Assembly (NCBI GenBank): GCA_030295235.1
Contig: AP026169.1
Location: 372,001-436,000, forward strand
Source: Fistulifera solaris
Lineage: Eukaryota
Direction of reading: 5' to 3'
Length of the DNA: 64,000 nucleotides
Shown here: one piece after another, positions 39,606-49,993 of the stretch
How positions within the stretch are numbered: position 1 is the stretch's first letter
Layout of the letters: each line of letters opens with the position of its first letter
Made by a program: the position numbers and the translations under genes
The notes under the pieces: generated by a model
The model's database searches: none
The model's input: the letters and a program-made list of their open reading frames with translations, nothing else
What the model was told of the DNA's origin: nothing

Positions 39606-39827
39606 TGCCGTGCCCTACGATAAGGACAATTGCGAAATGAAAATTGTAAGCTAAAGATGAGTTACTCTATTTGACGAGCGGATCCAGGAGGATTCGCTAG
39701 GAACAATGAAGATTCATGCAAGTCTGGAGCCTTCGCTTGTTCCCGTGCTTCCAAGACTAATACGTAGAGATGACGTCAGCAACTCATGGAGACAGAAAAG
39801 GTTAGGGATGAGCCGTAGGCCAGCGCA
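39606..39827 (-). repeat. gypsy 3' LTR (222 bp)
   Basis: Matches 46226-46449 except two 1-nt indels and one substitution. Purine-rich GAGAGGCAGTA precedes it on the minus strand. Confidence 0.95.
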
Positions 39828-39894
39828 TACTGCCTCTCAAGGGGGGTCTGAGATGAAACGGGAGCAGAGGAACCTTGTAAATAGGAGAAAACCT

Positions 39895-42800
39895 CTACTG
39901 TCGATATGGTTTAACGCGACGAATGGAAATTCGTTCGATCGTAAAGGCATTTCGTCGAATGCTGATGGTACCATTGGTATGGACTTGGACAATCGTAAAT
40001 GGTCCGTACGCACGAGGCTTAAGTTTAGAAGGATTGTCGGCTAATTTTAGCACTTTATCACCAATACGATAATCGTACGAAAATCTTTTGCGATTAGCTA
40101 GAATCATACGCTTGTCAATAAGTTGTTGACGATGTTGTTGGATATTAATCCAATCTGCAACGACCGGTAGGTCGAGAAGCATGTCCCGGCCAAAAACAAG
40201 TGACCCAGGTGTTGCTTTTAAACCGCTGTGCAACGAAGCGCGTATTGCATACATGCAATTGGCCAAGGCAGTGTCGACCATTTGTTTACCACTGGTAATG
40301 CCTGTGGAAGTGGCTAAGCGCGTCATGGTGCGAAGGGTGTTACCGACGACCTGATGCATGCGCTCACAAATTGAATTCCCTTGGGGATTTTTGACCGTAG
40401 TAGGACGTGGAGTGATATGATTTTCCGCAAGTAGTGTTTGAAAACCGTTACCGGTAAATTCAGTACCGTTGTCGTAAGTAACACTTACTGGTTTTGGATA
40501 GCGTGATAACCACACGTTATTGAATTGCATAGCAACGTGGTCTGACGTTTTATTGTCGAGTCGGACGAGCTCCGTCAGATGTGTGACTGGGTCGATCATT
40601 GTCAACGCAATAAATGTTTCATCGTAACCATGAAGATTGAGAGTCCACGGACCAATCAGGTCAACGTGAACTTCACGCCATGGATGGGCGGAGGCTTCGC
40701 GGGGCGCAGTTTCGCCATAGCCACGGAAGGCGGTTTAGCCATTTGGCATTCGTCACACTTGGCAACAATTTGCTCGATGACATCACGAAGTTTCGTGTTG
40801 TACAAGTGGATGCCGATGGTGTCTTCAAGACGCCGCTGGCCAAGATGACCAAGAGTGTGATGATACCACTCGACTGCCGGACGAAGTAATTCGTCTGGAA
40901 GGTAAACCTTCCAAGGTTCTGAGGGTGCTGGGATGTAACAGCAGAGCTCGAGGTCAGGGGCAAGTTGATTCATCAGAAATTTTTCTGGATGTTTTTCGCG
41001 CAGAAGGTTTAGCCGGGCGTCCCTCAGCTGTGCTTCGCGGATTGTTCGGTAGTCGACTACGAACGGAACCACCTCGGTGGGTGGTAGGTTGACAAAACAA
41101 TCTAAAAGATCAGAGTCGCCGAGTGCCATGGAACTTTGTGTGTCTCGCGCAGGCAAGTCTGCGCCGGAACCGGGATTTTTGTTTTCATCGAATGAAAGCC
41201 GTGACAATGCATCAGCAAGAGGGTTATCAATGCCCTTTATGTGATGGAGTTTGATACCAAACTCTTCCAAGAAGAGTCCCCAGCGAATTACTCGCTGGGA
41301 TTGTGTTGACAAATCGGATGAACCGACGTTGTTGAGGTGGTCTGTATAGACATGGAGGTCAGGGCAACCGTAGAGCATAGTTTTAAATTCTTTAAGAACT
41401 TCAACAACTGATAGTAACTCTTTTCACCAACGGTGTAGTTGCGTTGAGCTGCATTGAGCTTCTTTGACCAGTAGGCGACTGGAGCGCCTTCTTGCATGAT
41501 AACAGCACCCATTTGGGTGTCGCTGGCATCTGTATAGATGTGAAATGGTTTGTTATGATCCGGGTATCGGAGGAATGCATCTTTGGCGAGAAGAGCTTTT
41601 ATCTGCGCCGAATGATTTGTTCATTGCTTCCGGTCCAGATGAGTTTTGCGTTACCGCTAGAAACAGCAGTTAATGGAGCCAGAACTCCAGAGCGTTGTCG
41701 CCACATGTCGCGATAAAAGTTTACCGCGCCGAGGAAAGAGCGGAGTGCTTTCTTTGTTTTTGGTTTGTTGATCGCGAGGATCGCATTGATTTTCTTACGC
41801 CAAGGCTTGAGCCCTGTCGGAGTAAGCCAGTAACCTAGCCAGTCGGTTTCTTGAACCCCCACTCACATTTGAGTGGATTCACAGTGAAGTTATTATCTTG
41901 TAAGATAGTTAAGACTTTATCAAGCGATTTGATATGATCAGTCCAGGAATTGGAAAAGCAGCCTACATCGTCGATGTAGCAGTTGACTTCGTCGAGTTGA
42001 CGGAAGAGATCTTCCATGACTTCTTGAGCGATGTCAGGGGCCATTGATATGCCCATCGGTAGACGATTATATCTATAGTTGCCGAAAGGCGTGCAGATGA
42101 CGCAAAGGTCCTTGCTTTCTTCGGTGAGTTCGAAGGTGTAGTAATGCATTGAGACATCAATTTTGGAGAAAAAACTGTAGCCCGATCGTTGCGACAAAAT
42201 GTCGGTTATTTTTGGGATAGGATAAACCTTTCGTTTAATAACTTTATTAAGTTCTCTGAAATCAGAAATCCAGCGAACGCGACCGTCCTTTTTGGTATAA
42301 TAAAGGATGGAGCGAGCCATTCGTTTGCTCCGCAAGGAGACAAGACGCCAATTTGGACGAGCCGTTCGATTTCGGCTTTGAACGTTTTCAAATGATAACG
42401 AGAAACGCCGTAAGGTCGTTTTGCGACGGGTGTTGCGCCGGGTTGGAGTTCGAGATGAACTTTTTGCGATGATATTTACCGAGCTGTCCGGAGAAAAGCT
42501 TTTTATATTTTGAAAATAGTTGCGCGAGGTCCTGCCTCTGTGAAGGTGTGAGATGTTTTTGTTGCAAAGCAACGGAAGTCGGATCGACTGATTCGTATTT
42601 AGATTCAAGAATATCTTTGGATTTATATCCTGCCTCTCGGGCAATCTGTTCACGAAAGGTGAGGCGATCGTTAAAGGATCATCGGCGTGTTCGGAAACGA
42701 ACGACGCGGAAGGTTGATTTGCGAAATAATCGGCAGGCCGAAATGGTATCATTTCGTCGAGCCATCGCACAGTGAGAGTAGAACTCAAAATGTCTATACC

Positions 42801-44342
42801 CAATGGGATAAGAACGTCATTACCTAGAATGATATCGTAGATAGAAGTATCATTATTGAAAACTGTGGCTTTGATATTGCCGTTTATTTTCAACGAAGTT
42901 GAGAATTCAGGAAGCATCATTTCTGATAAAATGACTTCGTGGCGATGTACTTCAGTACCGTGAATGCCCTGGACTTTACGTCCGGGGACCGTAGTTGGTT
43001 GTGTACCCTTAGGTAAAGCGCGACGGTTGATAAATGTTTTATCGGAACCTGAGTCAAAAAGAATTCGAAGAATTCGCTGATTCGGTAGATTTTGAATTGT
43101 TTTACAATACATAGTGGTGATTGGACGGACAGTCGTTGAGATGTAGTTGATACTACCAGTGTTAGGCATTAGACTAATGTCGGAAGTACCCGAATGGTAC
43201 ATTGTGTCACATAGTGCAGCGAAGTCCGGGTGGACCTTTTTGTCATTTTCCTCGCTAGGAGGCGGAGCCATTTGATTGGCTGAGGAATAGGACAGAAAAA
43301 TTTGTTCACTCGAGGTGAGGAAAGCATGCTCATTCGACGACACGTCTGAAAGGCTGGTGATGATATGCGCGCCGAAATCGGCTGCATTGGAGTAAGTTGA
43401 TCCATAAGGGTCGATAAAGACTCGTTGGTCGATTGATGAGGCGTGGATAACATCGTTATCGCGAGGGATGAATGACGATTCCCACGTTGAGGTGGCGATG
43501 TCCCAACCAGTTAATCTGGCCACGACATGCGCCGTGTCGGTCGCAACGTTTGTTGCATTAATGAAATTATTGGACAAAAACGTTCCATGAATATCCACTA
43601 ATGTGGAGGGAGGGGCATTATTATGCTGATGCGCGACGTTATTGTTCGATGCTCGCGACTGAGTTGCAAACGAAGCTGTCGACAATGCGATTTTTGTCGA
43701 ATCGCGTCGACTCGTTTTCTTTTAACATTGTTAAAGTTGTGCCCTTTAAGGTGCTTTTTAGTTCGAATAATATTCTTTTGATTTTTGTGTTTATTTGTAT
43801 ATTTGTTTGTAAGTTTACGGTGACCGTGTTTTGCTTTTGATTTGAAACGAAGTTTGTGATGATGCGGTTCTGTCGCGAGAACGGATGAACAAGGAGAAAA
43901 ATACTCCGCAATGAAGCAATCAATAGTGTTGTTGAACGATTCAACGGATGTTGAGGGCTGGTTGTCCACAATGGAATGCCAAGTGCGATTGAGGTTCGAA
44001 GCGGAACCAGAGTGCGAGGAAAGACCTCGAAAAGCCGATCCAATGGATGCGACTGGAACAACGGACGTGATAGTCGCGAGAAATTCGATTGATGTGATCC
44101 ATCAAGGTTTCAGAATTGACTGGTTGGTCCATAATAAGAGGAAATTCGCGTTCATAGGACGTCTTGTTGATTGTGAACCGAATGTTCTGGGTGATCTCCA
44201 TCGGGGAGGCGTCGTCGTGAAGACTGTTGTTGATGTTTGGTACATGTTCAAAGAACGATGTGTTCATTGTAGAACCGTTGTTGGTCTGTGAAAGACTTTC
44301 TTTGTTTATGCTGTTCATCGCGGAACGGGGGATATTTCTCAT
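39895..44342 (-). CDS. gypsy gag-like region plus pol polyprotein (frameshifted)
   Basis: Protease ILFDSGS; RT DFRELNK...RLPMG...YIDD; RNase H YTDAS...YTDH...ADALSR; integrase [27 protein letters not shown]. Gag-like part 44342-~43600 is short and only weakly recognisable. Confidence 0.9.
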
Positions 44343-44370
44343 GTTAGAGATGAATGTTTTGAAAAAAAAA

Positions 44371-44793
44371 TGACAGATTTTGGGAAAGAATGAGTACTGC
44401 ACTACTGGTACTCAATGTTTTCAATGGTAATTTCTCAGTGGTACTCAGTGAGACATTTCCGGTTCATGTTTGAATATCTCAGTCTTGGATACTTTTGGAT
44501 GAGAATTTCAGTGCCACATCATGTTCTTCTCTTGCCACGTCGACAGAAAGGCAGATGGCACGAGTTCAAATCCTACGTGTTCAGTACATTCTGATTTTCT
44601 TCTCTTCTGGTTCATGTGAAACAAGCAAAATCACCGTAGTGCTCACAATAATAGAATAATGAAATTGAATTGAGTTCCATCCTCTTTTTTGGTTTCTTTC
44701 TACCATTACATTCTGCCCCATCAAAGGCAGAGTGTGCACAAAGCTTTTTATTTCATTCCGGGTGAGCTATCTGTGCGCTCCCGGAATTTGTCA
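44371..44793 (+). repeat. Nested element 5' LTR (423 bp)
   Basis: Identical to 45781-46201 except two T-run length differences. Confidence 0.95.
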
Positions 44794-44922
44794 GTTTAAC
44801 AGTCGCAAGTCTCTTGTGTGATTGTTGATTGTTTGTTGCTTGTCATCATTGGTGTTGTGTTTGTCAAGCTTCTTGTTTGTGGTTTGTGAACAATTTCGCA
44901 CCGGTCCGTGCTTGTGTCACAA

Positions 44923-45803
44923 ATGTTGTTTCCGGTACTCCCACCTTCCGCCGCAATGGCTGCATTCGACCACGTCATTGATAATGTACTGCTTGGTCCT
45001 GATAATGACAGTACGTTAAAGATGTCACTTCTTTCCGTTGGTCGTACTGATATCTACGCGCTGCTTTCGATGACATCGTCAGAAATAGATGCTCTTCTTC
45101 CAGTCAAACGGGGAGAGAAGAAATTGCTGACGTGTTTTCTACGTTTCGTCGTTGCACGCCACTCCGATAATGACCCGATTGGAAATGACTGGTTTTCGAT
45201 TACTATGGAGCAGTTCGACAACTTCCGTTGTCGTTCTGTTAAGCCCTTCGTCCGTAGTACTTCCTACCATGTTCTTCAGCAGGAACCATTCGATACTATG
45301 GCCCCTCCTCTCTCTACGACCTTCCAGTTGAGAGTGTATCACCGATAGATGTCATTTCTGTTAACGATCCTAATCCTTCCAAAGAAAGTGTACACGACAA
45401 TTCAATCCATGTTCCTGTTGTTGTATTCAACAATTCTTATCCGGACGGCGATGATACTGAAGTTGTTTTCGATGAAACATGCTCCGATAACATTGTGGTC
45501 TTGGATACTTGTTCTTCGGATACGGATACTTGTTCTTTGGCTTACAGTCATCGTTCTCTTGGTTTCTTGAGTACTGAGTCAGTTGTTTCTTTCTTGGATG
45601 ACGTTTTACCTGACTGTACTGGATATTGTACGCCAGTTGTCTTGCCTCCCGGGGAGCCTCCGCCAGTTATGTTTACTACTGTTGGAAAGTCTGTTGGTAC
45701 TGATTTCAACAATATTCTTTGTGGACGGGGAGATGCAGTGAAAGCAAAAGTGTACAACGTGCCTGCGAGAAGACGGGGAGTGACAGATTTTGGGAAAGAA
45801 TGA
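44923..45803 (+). CDS. Truncated CoDi-like Gag N-terminal domain protein (~290 aa, one frameshift near 45340)
   Basis: AFDHVIDNVL...LKMSL...DI..LL...ID.L...G.KKLL.CF...RH...DPIGNDW.SIT.EQFD.FR resembles diatom copia Gag N-termini as recalled; PPGEPPP motif. Stop lies inside the 3' LTR. Confidence 0.65.
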
Positions 45804-46201
45804 GTACTGCACTACTGGTACTCAATGTTTTCAATGGTAATTTCTCAGTGGTACTCAGTGAGACATTTCCGGTTCATGTTTGAATATCTCAGTCTTGGAT
45901 ACTTTTGGATGAGAATTTCAGTGCCACATCATGTTCTTCTCTTGCCACGTCGACAGAAAGGCAGATGGCACGAGTTCAAATCCTACGTGTTCAGTACATT
46001 CTGATTTTCTTCTCTTCTGGTTCATGTGAAACAAGCAAAATCACCGTAGTGCTCACAATAATAGAATAATGAAATTGAATTGAGTTCCATCCTCTTTTTG
46101 GTTTCTTTCTACCATTACATTCTGCCCCATCAAAGGCAGAGTGTGCACAAAGCTTTTATTTCATTCCGGGTGAGCTATCTGTGCGCTCCCGGAATTTGTC
46201 A
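45781..46201 (+). repeat. Nested element 3' LTR (421 bp)
   Basis: Direct repeat of 44371-44793. Confidence 0.95.
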
Positions 46202-46225
46202 AAAAATTTCAGCGAGTGATCACTA

Positions 46226-46449
46226 TGCCGTGCCCTACGATAAGGACAATTCGCGAAATGAAAATTGTAAGCTAAAGATGAGTTACTCTATTTGACGAAG
46301 CGGATCCAGGAGGATTCGCTAGGAACAATGAAGATTCATGCAAGTCTGGAACCTTCGCTTGTTCCCGTGCTTCCAAGACTAATACGTAGAGATGACGTCA
46401 GCAACTCATGGAGACAGAAAAGGTTAGGGATGAGCCGTAGGCCAGCGCA
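46226..46449 (-). repeat. gypsy 5' LTR (224 bp)
   Basis: Direct repeat of 39606-39827; followed on the minus strand by PBS-like TAGTGATCAC. Confidence 0.95.
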
Positions 46450-46856
46450 AACGCAGAAGCAAGATCAAGATTCCTCCGCGATGCGACCAGGCGAATTCCG
46501 ACGGAGGGAGAATACCAGGTACAGTACAAGTACTCCTGCAGGGTTGAAACGGAACGCCCACAACGAAAAACTAGGATGGCTAAGAGACCTAATTACAAAG
46601 ATATTTATTTAGCCTTGAATTACACTGGAACTTCCATGACAGTAAGCATTAACGGCTCGCGTCTCGTAGCATTCGGTGCTCCAGATTACTCACAGTGTGG
46701 ATATAGTACCAGTAGGGCAAAAAAAGCAGCAAGGCAAATGATGTAACTCATGTTAAACTGCTTCTTAGTCGTTTGCGTCGAAACTTGCGAGTACTATTAA
46801 TTGCATTTTCTAAATAACTCCTCTCTAATAGTCATTACGTGAAAACGAAACGTTAA

Positions 46857-47515
46857 CTAACCGGCAAACGTACGACGACTCCAGCCAACGTTGGCGCGAG
46901 GCATATCGAAAAAGTTGATGTAAATTCGAGCTTCGTCCACGCCGAAAGGCGCCAGGAGATCTGTAACAGCCGCCGTAATCTGTCCGTTGGACTCCACACC
47001 GATGGCACCGATGCTGTAGAGACATCCTAAAGCGGTGGGGGCATCCGATCCCCCAAAGATGACATCTGCCTTGTCGGTGATCGAAACGGCTGCAAGGCAG
47101 TACAAGAATCCAATATGGGTTGATTTAAGGAAATAAGATAATTAAATTTGAATTGAAGAAAGGCCGACATACACTTACCAATGTAAGATTCTGGCTTTCC
47201 AGTGCTGACGCAAATGGCTTTTGAACATGCTACAGAGAAGATAATGAAGCGATGAGAGGTGAACACAAAAGGGAAAATAGCCGACTCTTTAATTATCTAA
47301 CCTTTCATAATTTCCATCTTCTTATCTCCAAGGTCAACGTTAGTGGTCAAAATGAGCGAAGGGTCTCCTGGAAGTAAGCAGAACGGATGAGGTTCGTTGG
47401 AGCTTGAAGGAGCCATGGCGAGAGACGTAGAATATTCTTGGACGGCGTTCACAATGAAGGAATGAGCGTTTATAAAAGTAAATGCAAGAACGAGAAGTGA
47501 TTGCCAAGCCCACAT
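46857..47515 (-). CDS. MIF / tautomerase-family protein with N-terminal targeting extension
   Basis: PSLILTTNV...TGKPESYI...FGGSDAP.A...SIG...RIYINFFD...VGW...TF. Introns 47230-47301 and 47090-47178. Confidence 0.9.
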
Positions 47516-47832
47516 AATGGAAATGGTCTTTCTTAGGCCTCGTCGAAGCGTGTGAGTTGTGTGTGAAAAAGATCTGAAACTGTTTCGATCTTTGAACACT
47601 TACTATAGCGAAGAATAGTACGCTTGTTCTGTCGCGGCGAATGATTGCAATCGTACGTACTCATGACTGCGGTAAAGCAAAAGCTAAACAGACATAGTTG
47701 CGCAAATATGCGCTATTACTTCTAAAACTAAATCATTCGGCTAAAGCCCTTTCCCAAAGCAAAGCGGCATTATATGAGTTTCGAAGCGTTCATGCGCCGT
47801 CATGATAAAAACCTAAATAAGAAAATTCTGGT

Positions 47833-49536
47833 TCAGCCAAAGACAGGAGCCTCTCCAATACCGTCGCACAGGCGAAACACAATTTCGGCGGCTTTCGTTG
47901 CCAGCTGATTTGCCAAAGCGCGAGTAGGTGCTTCGGCATATACGCGGACTACATCTTCCGTTCCACTGGGACGAATGAACGCACGGCCCTTTACTTCCGC
48001 CATGGCGATTTCGAGTTCTTCTTGTACTTGAACTGGTGATAAGCACTTGGTTTCGTTTTCATTCGTCTGGATGATATTGCGGTCTTTGACCAAGACCTTG
48101 GCTTGGCGCGATGGCAAGTCCGTGTAGATGGCATCCCAATCGGGCGGTGACCACCCCTGGATTTGCAAAATGGCGTCGACGAGTAGCAAATCTGAGAGGG
48201 CGTCGCCGACGGCTTGGTTGACCAAAGCTGGTAAAACGGACAATCGCTGAAGTGCTACGGAACCACGGCATCTCTTTCCTCGCAAAACAGTATCTGCTTG
48301 AGCCATGCATTCATAAAATGCCGGTCCAAACAGGACTGTCCCGTGTCCATTCGCTTCAAAGTAGACACCAACATCAAAATGCTCCGCGGCCGCGTGGTGC
48401 ACGTATTTCACTCCCGTTTTGGCGATGACAATCCCTTCCGGACCCAGGACCTGTTCCAAGTAGTGTGTCGACGCTCCGTTGGCATACGCGGTTTGAACCA
48501 CACCCAAGCGAATCGGGGGAAGACTCGGTGCATCGGCTTGTAACGCCTGATACTCCGCTTGCAAGAATCGACACAATAGACAAGCAATTTTGTCTCCATC
48601 TTGCAATCGCATTTGATCGTCTCTCACGTTAAAAAAGACAATCCGATCGGCATCTCCATCCAACGAGGCACAGTACTGCGTCGATAGATCGGCGGTGGCA
48701 TCGTAAAAGGTCGGCGGTTGCAAGGCTTTCTGCACATGCTCCGAGCCGCACTTTTCATTAAGTGGTCCGGTTCCCGGTGCATTGAGGACAAGGAGTGGTC
48801 GATGGGTGGGATCGAGATCTTGAATGGCTTGGTGCAAGGTTTGAGCGTGGGCGTATCCGACACCACAGGCTGCGTCTACTACCAAGGGCGCACGGCGGTC
48901 TCTTGCGGTATGAGAAGTCGCCAAGAGCGCGTGATACGATTGCGCCAACAGAGAAAAGTAACCGGTGACATCGGGACGTGGAGGAATCAAGAGTGGCAAA
49001 TACTCCCGATTCCCGTGCAAGACAGCATGATGGAGCATGGGGGTGGTAATGATGCCGTGATCGATTATGGCACTGCCCATGGCCCGCGCGGTTTGCACTA
49101 CCAAATCACAAAGTGCGGGAGAGTGTGTGCGCGTATCGCGTCCCACATGAATGATCGGAACAAAGTCACTCTTCGTTTTGAACTGCTCAATTTTCTGCAA
49201 CAGGCGTTGGATATCACGTTCATTCGCCATTTCGACCGCCAGCGTTTCGCCATCACTGGTCATCATCCCTCCGTCCGGATCCGCTATTTTGACACCGTTA
49301 TAGGACTCATCATTGTGCGAAGCCGTCACCATGACTCCCACCGGAGCTTGTTTTTGCCAGGAACGCAATGTGGCGACGATTCCGACGCGCACCATAATGG
49401 GCGATAGAATCGCGGCATCGTAACGGAATCCGGCCGTTCCATAATTTAGAAAGGTATCACCCGGTGGGTGTTCCTGCAGGAGTTGTAAAAGCTTCTCGGG
49501 GGATACTTCAGGTGGTAATTTCGTAGGAAGGTGCAT
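47833..49536 (-). CDS. PGM3: Phosphoacetylglucosamine mutase
   Basis: YGTAGFR, VTASHN, SLDGDADR, VQTAYANG, GVYFEANGHG, RPSGTED. Confidence 0.95.
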   Translation of the reverse strand: MHLPTKLPPEVSPEKLLQLLQEHPPGDTFLNYGTAGFRYDAAILSPIMVRVGIVATLRSWQKQAPVGVMVTASHNDESYNGVKIADPDGGMMTSDGETLAVEMANERDIQRLLQKIEQFKTKSDFVPIIHVGRDTRTHSPALCDLVVQTARAMGSAIIDHGIITTPMLHHAVLHGNREYLPLLIPPRPDVTGYFSLLAQSYHALLATSHTARDRRAPLVVDAACGVGYAHAQTLHQAIQDLDPTHRPLLVLNAPGTGPLNEKCGSEHVQKALQPPTFYDATADLSTQYCASLDGDADRIVFFNVRDDQMRLQDGDKIACLLCRFLQAEYQALQADAPSLPPIRLGVVQTAYANGASTHYLEQVLGPEGIVIAKTGVKYVHHAAAEHFDVGVYFEANGHGTVLFGPAFYECMAQADTVLRGKRCRGSVALQRLSVLPALVNQAVGDALSDLLLVDAILQIQGWSPPDWDAIYTDLPSRQAKVLVKDRNIIQTNENETKCLSPVQVQEELEIAMAEVKGRAFIRPSGTEDVVRVYAEAPTRALANQLATKAAEIVFRLCDGIGEAPVFG

Positions 49537-49993
49537 GATGTTGCTGCTTTCTATCTTGACTTGGATACAATTAACGATGTCGATGTCTATTGCCTATTGC
49601 AAATTTTGCAAGGCAGGCAAGATGGATGCACGAATTTTTGGCGGACGCGCGAAATAATAGGTGAGGCACAAAACGATCGAAATGACCAAATACCGGATCG
49701 ACACACACTATTTCCACAGTACTTCTTGGTTTTCATTCCCGCCAAATGTCCCTTCACGGTCTTGCATGTTGACTGAATGAATCATGAACGAGTGTGTACT
49801 TTTTCCAGCACAAACGGAGAACATACCCGTCGCAATAACAAAAGGAAGGATGGTAAAGGATGATGATATTCATGTTCATTATACTTTCTCTTCATTCATC
49901 ACCTCGAAGGACATGAGAGCACTCTTGCTCTAGGAAAACACAACAATTATCATTTCATAGGCGGAACGGCTCTACTTTTCGGACCGCGGAAAA

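Larger units (their letters stand above)
44371..46201 (+). mobile_element. Nested non-autonomous LTR retroelement (copia/CoDi-like, gag fragment only), 1831 bp
   Basis: LTRs 44371-44793 and 45781-46201 with TGACA..TGTCA ends, AAAAA on both flanks (TSD), PBS position 44794-44809, PPT GAGAAGACGGGGAG at 45767-45780. Confidence 0.92.
39606..46449 (-). mobile_element. Ty3/gypsy LTR retrotransposon, both LTRs present, carrying a nested element
   Basis: TG..CA LTRs at 39606-39827 and 46226-46449, TSD AACGC (39601-39605 / 46450-46454), domain order PR-RT-RH-IN. Confidence 0.96.

Noticed and set aside
44371..46201. 420-bp duplication as an assembly artefact or internal gypsy repeat
   Set aside because: TG..CA ends, TSD, PBS and PPT define a separate nested LTR element.
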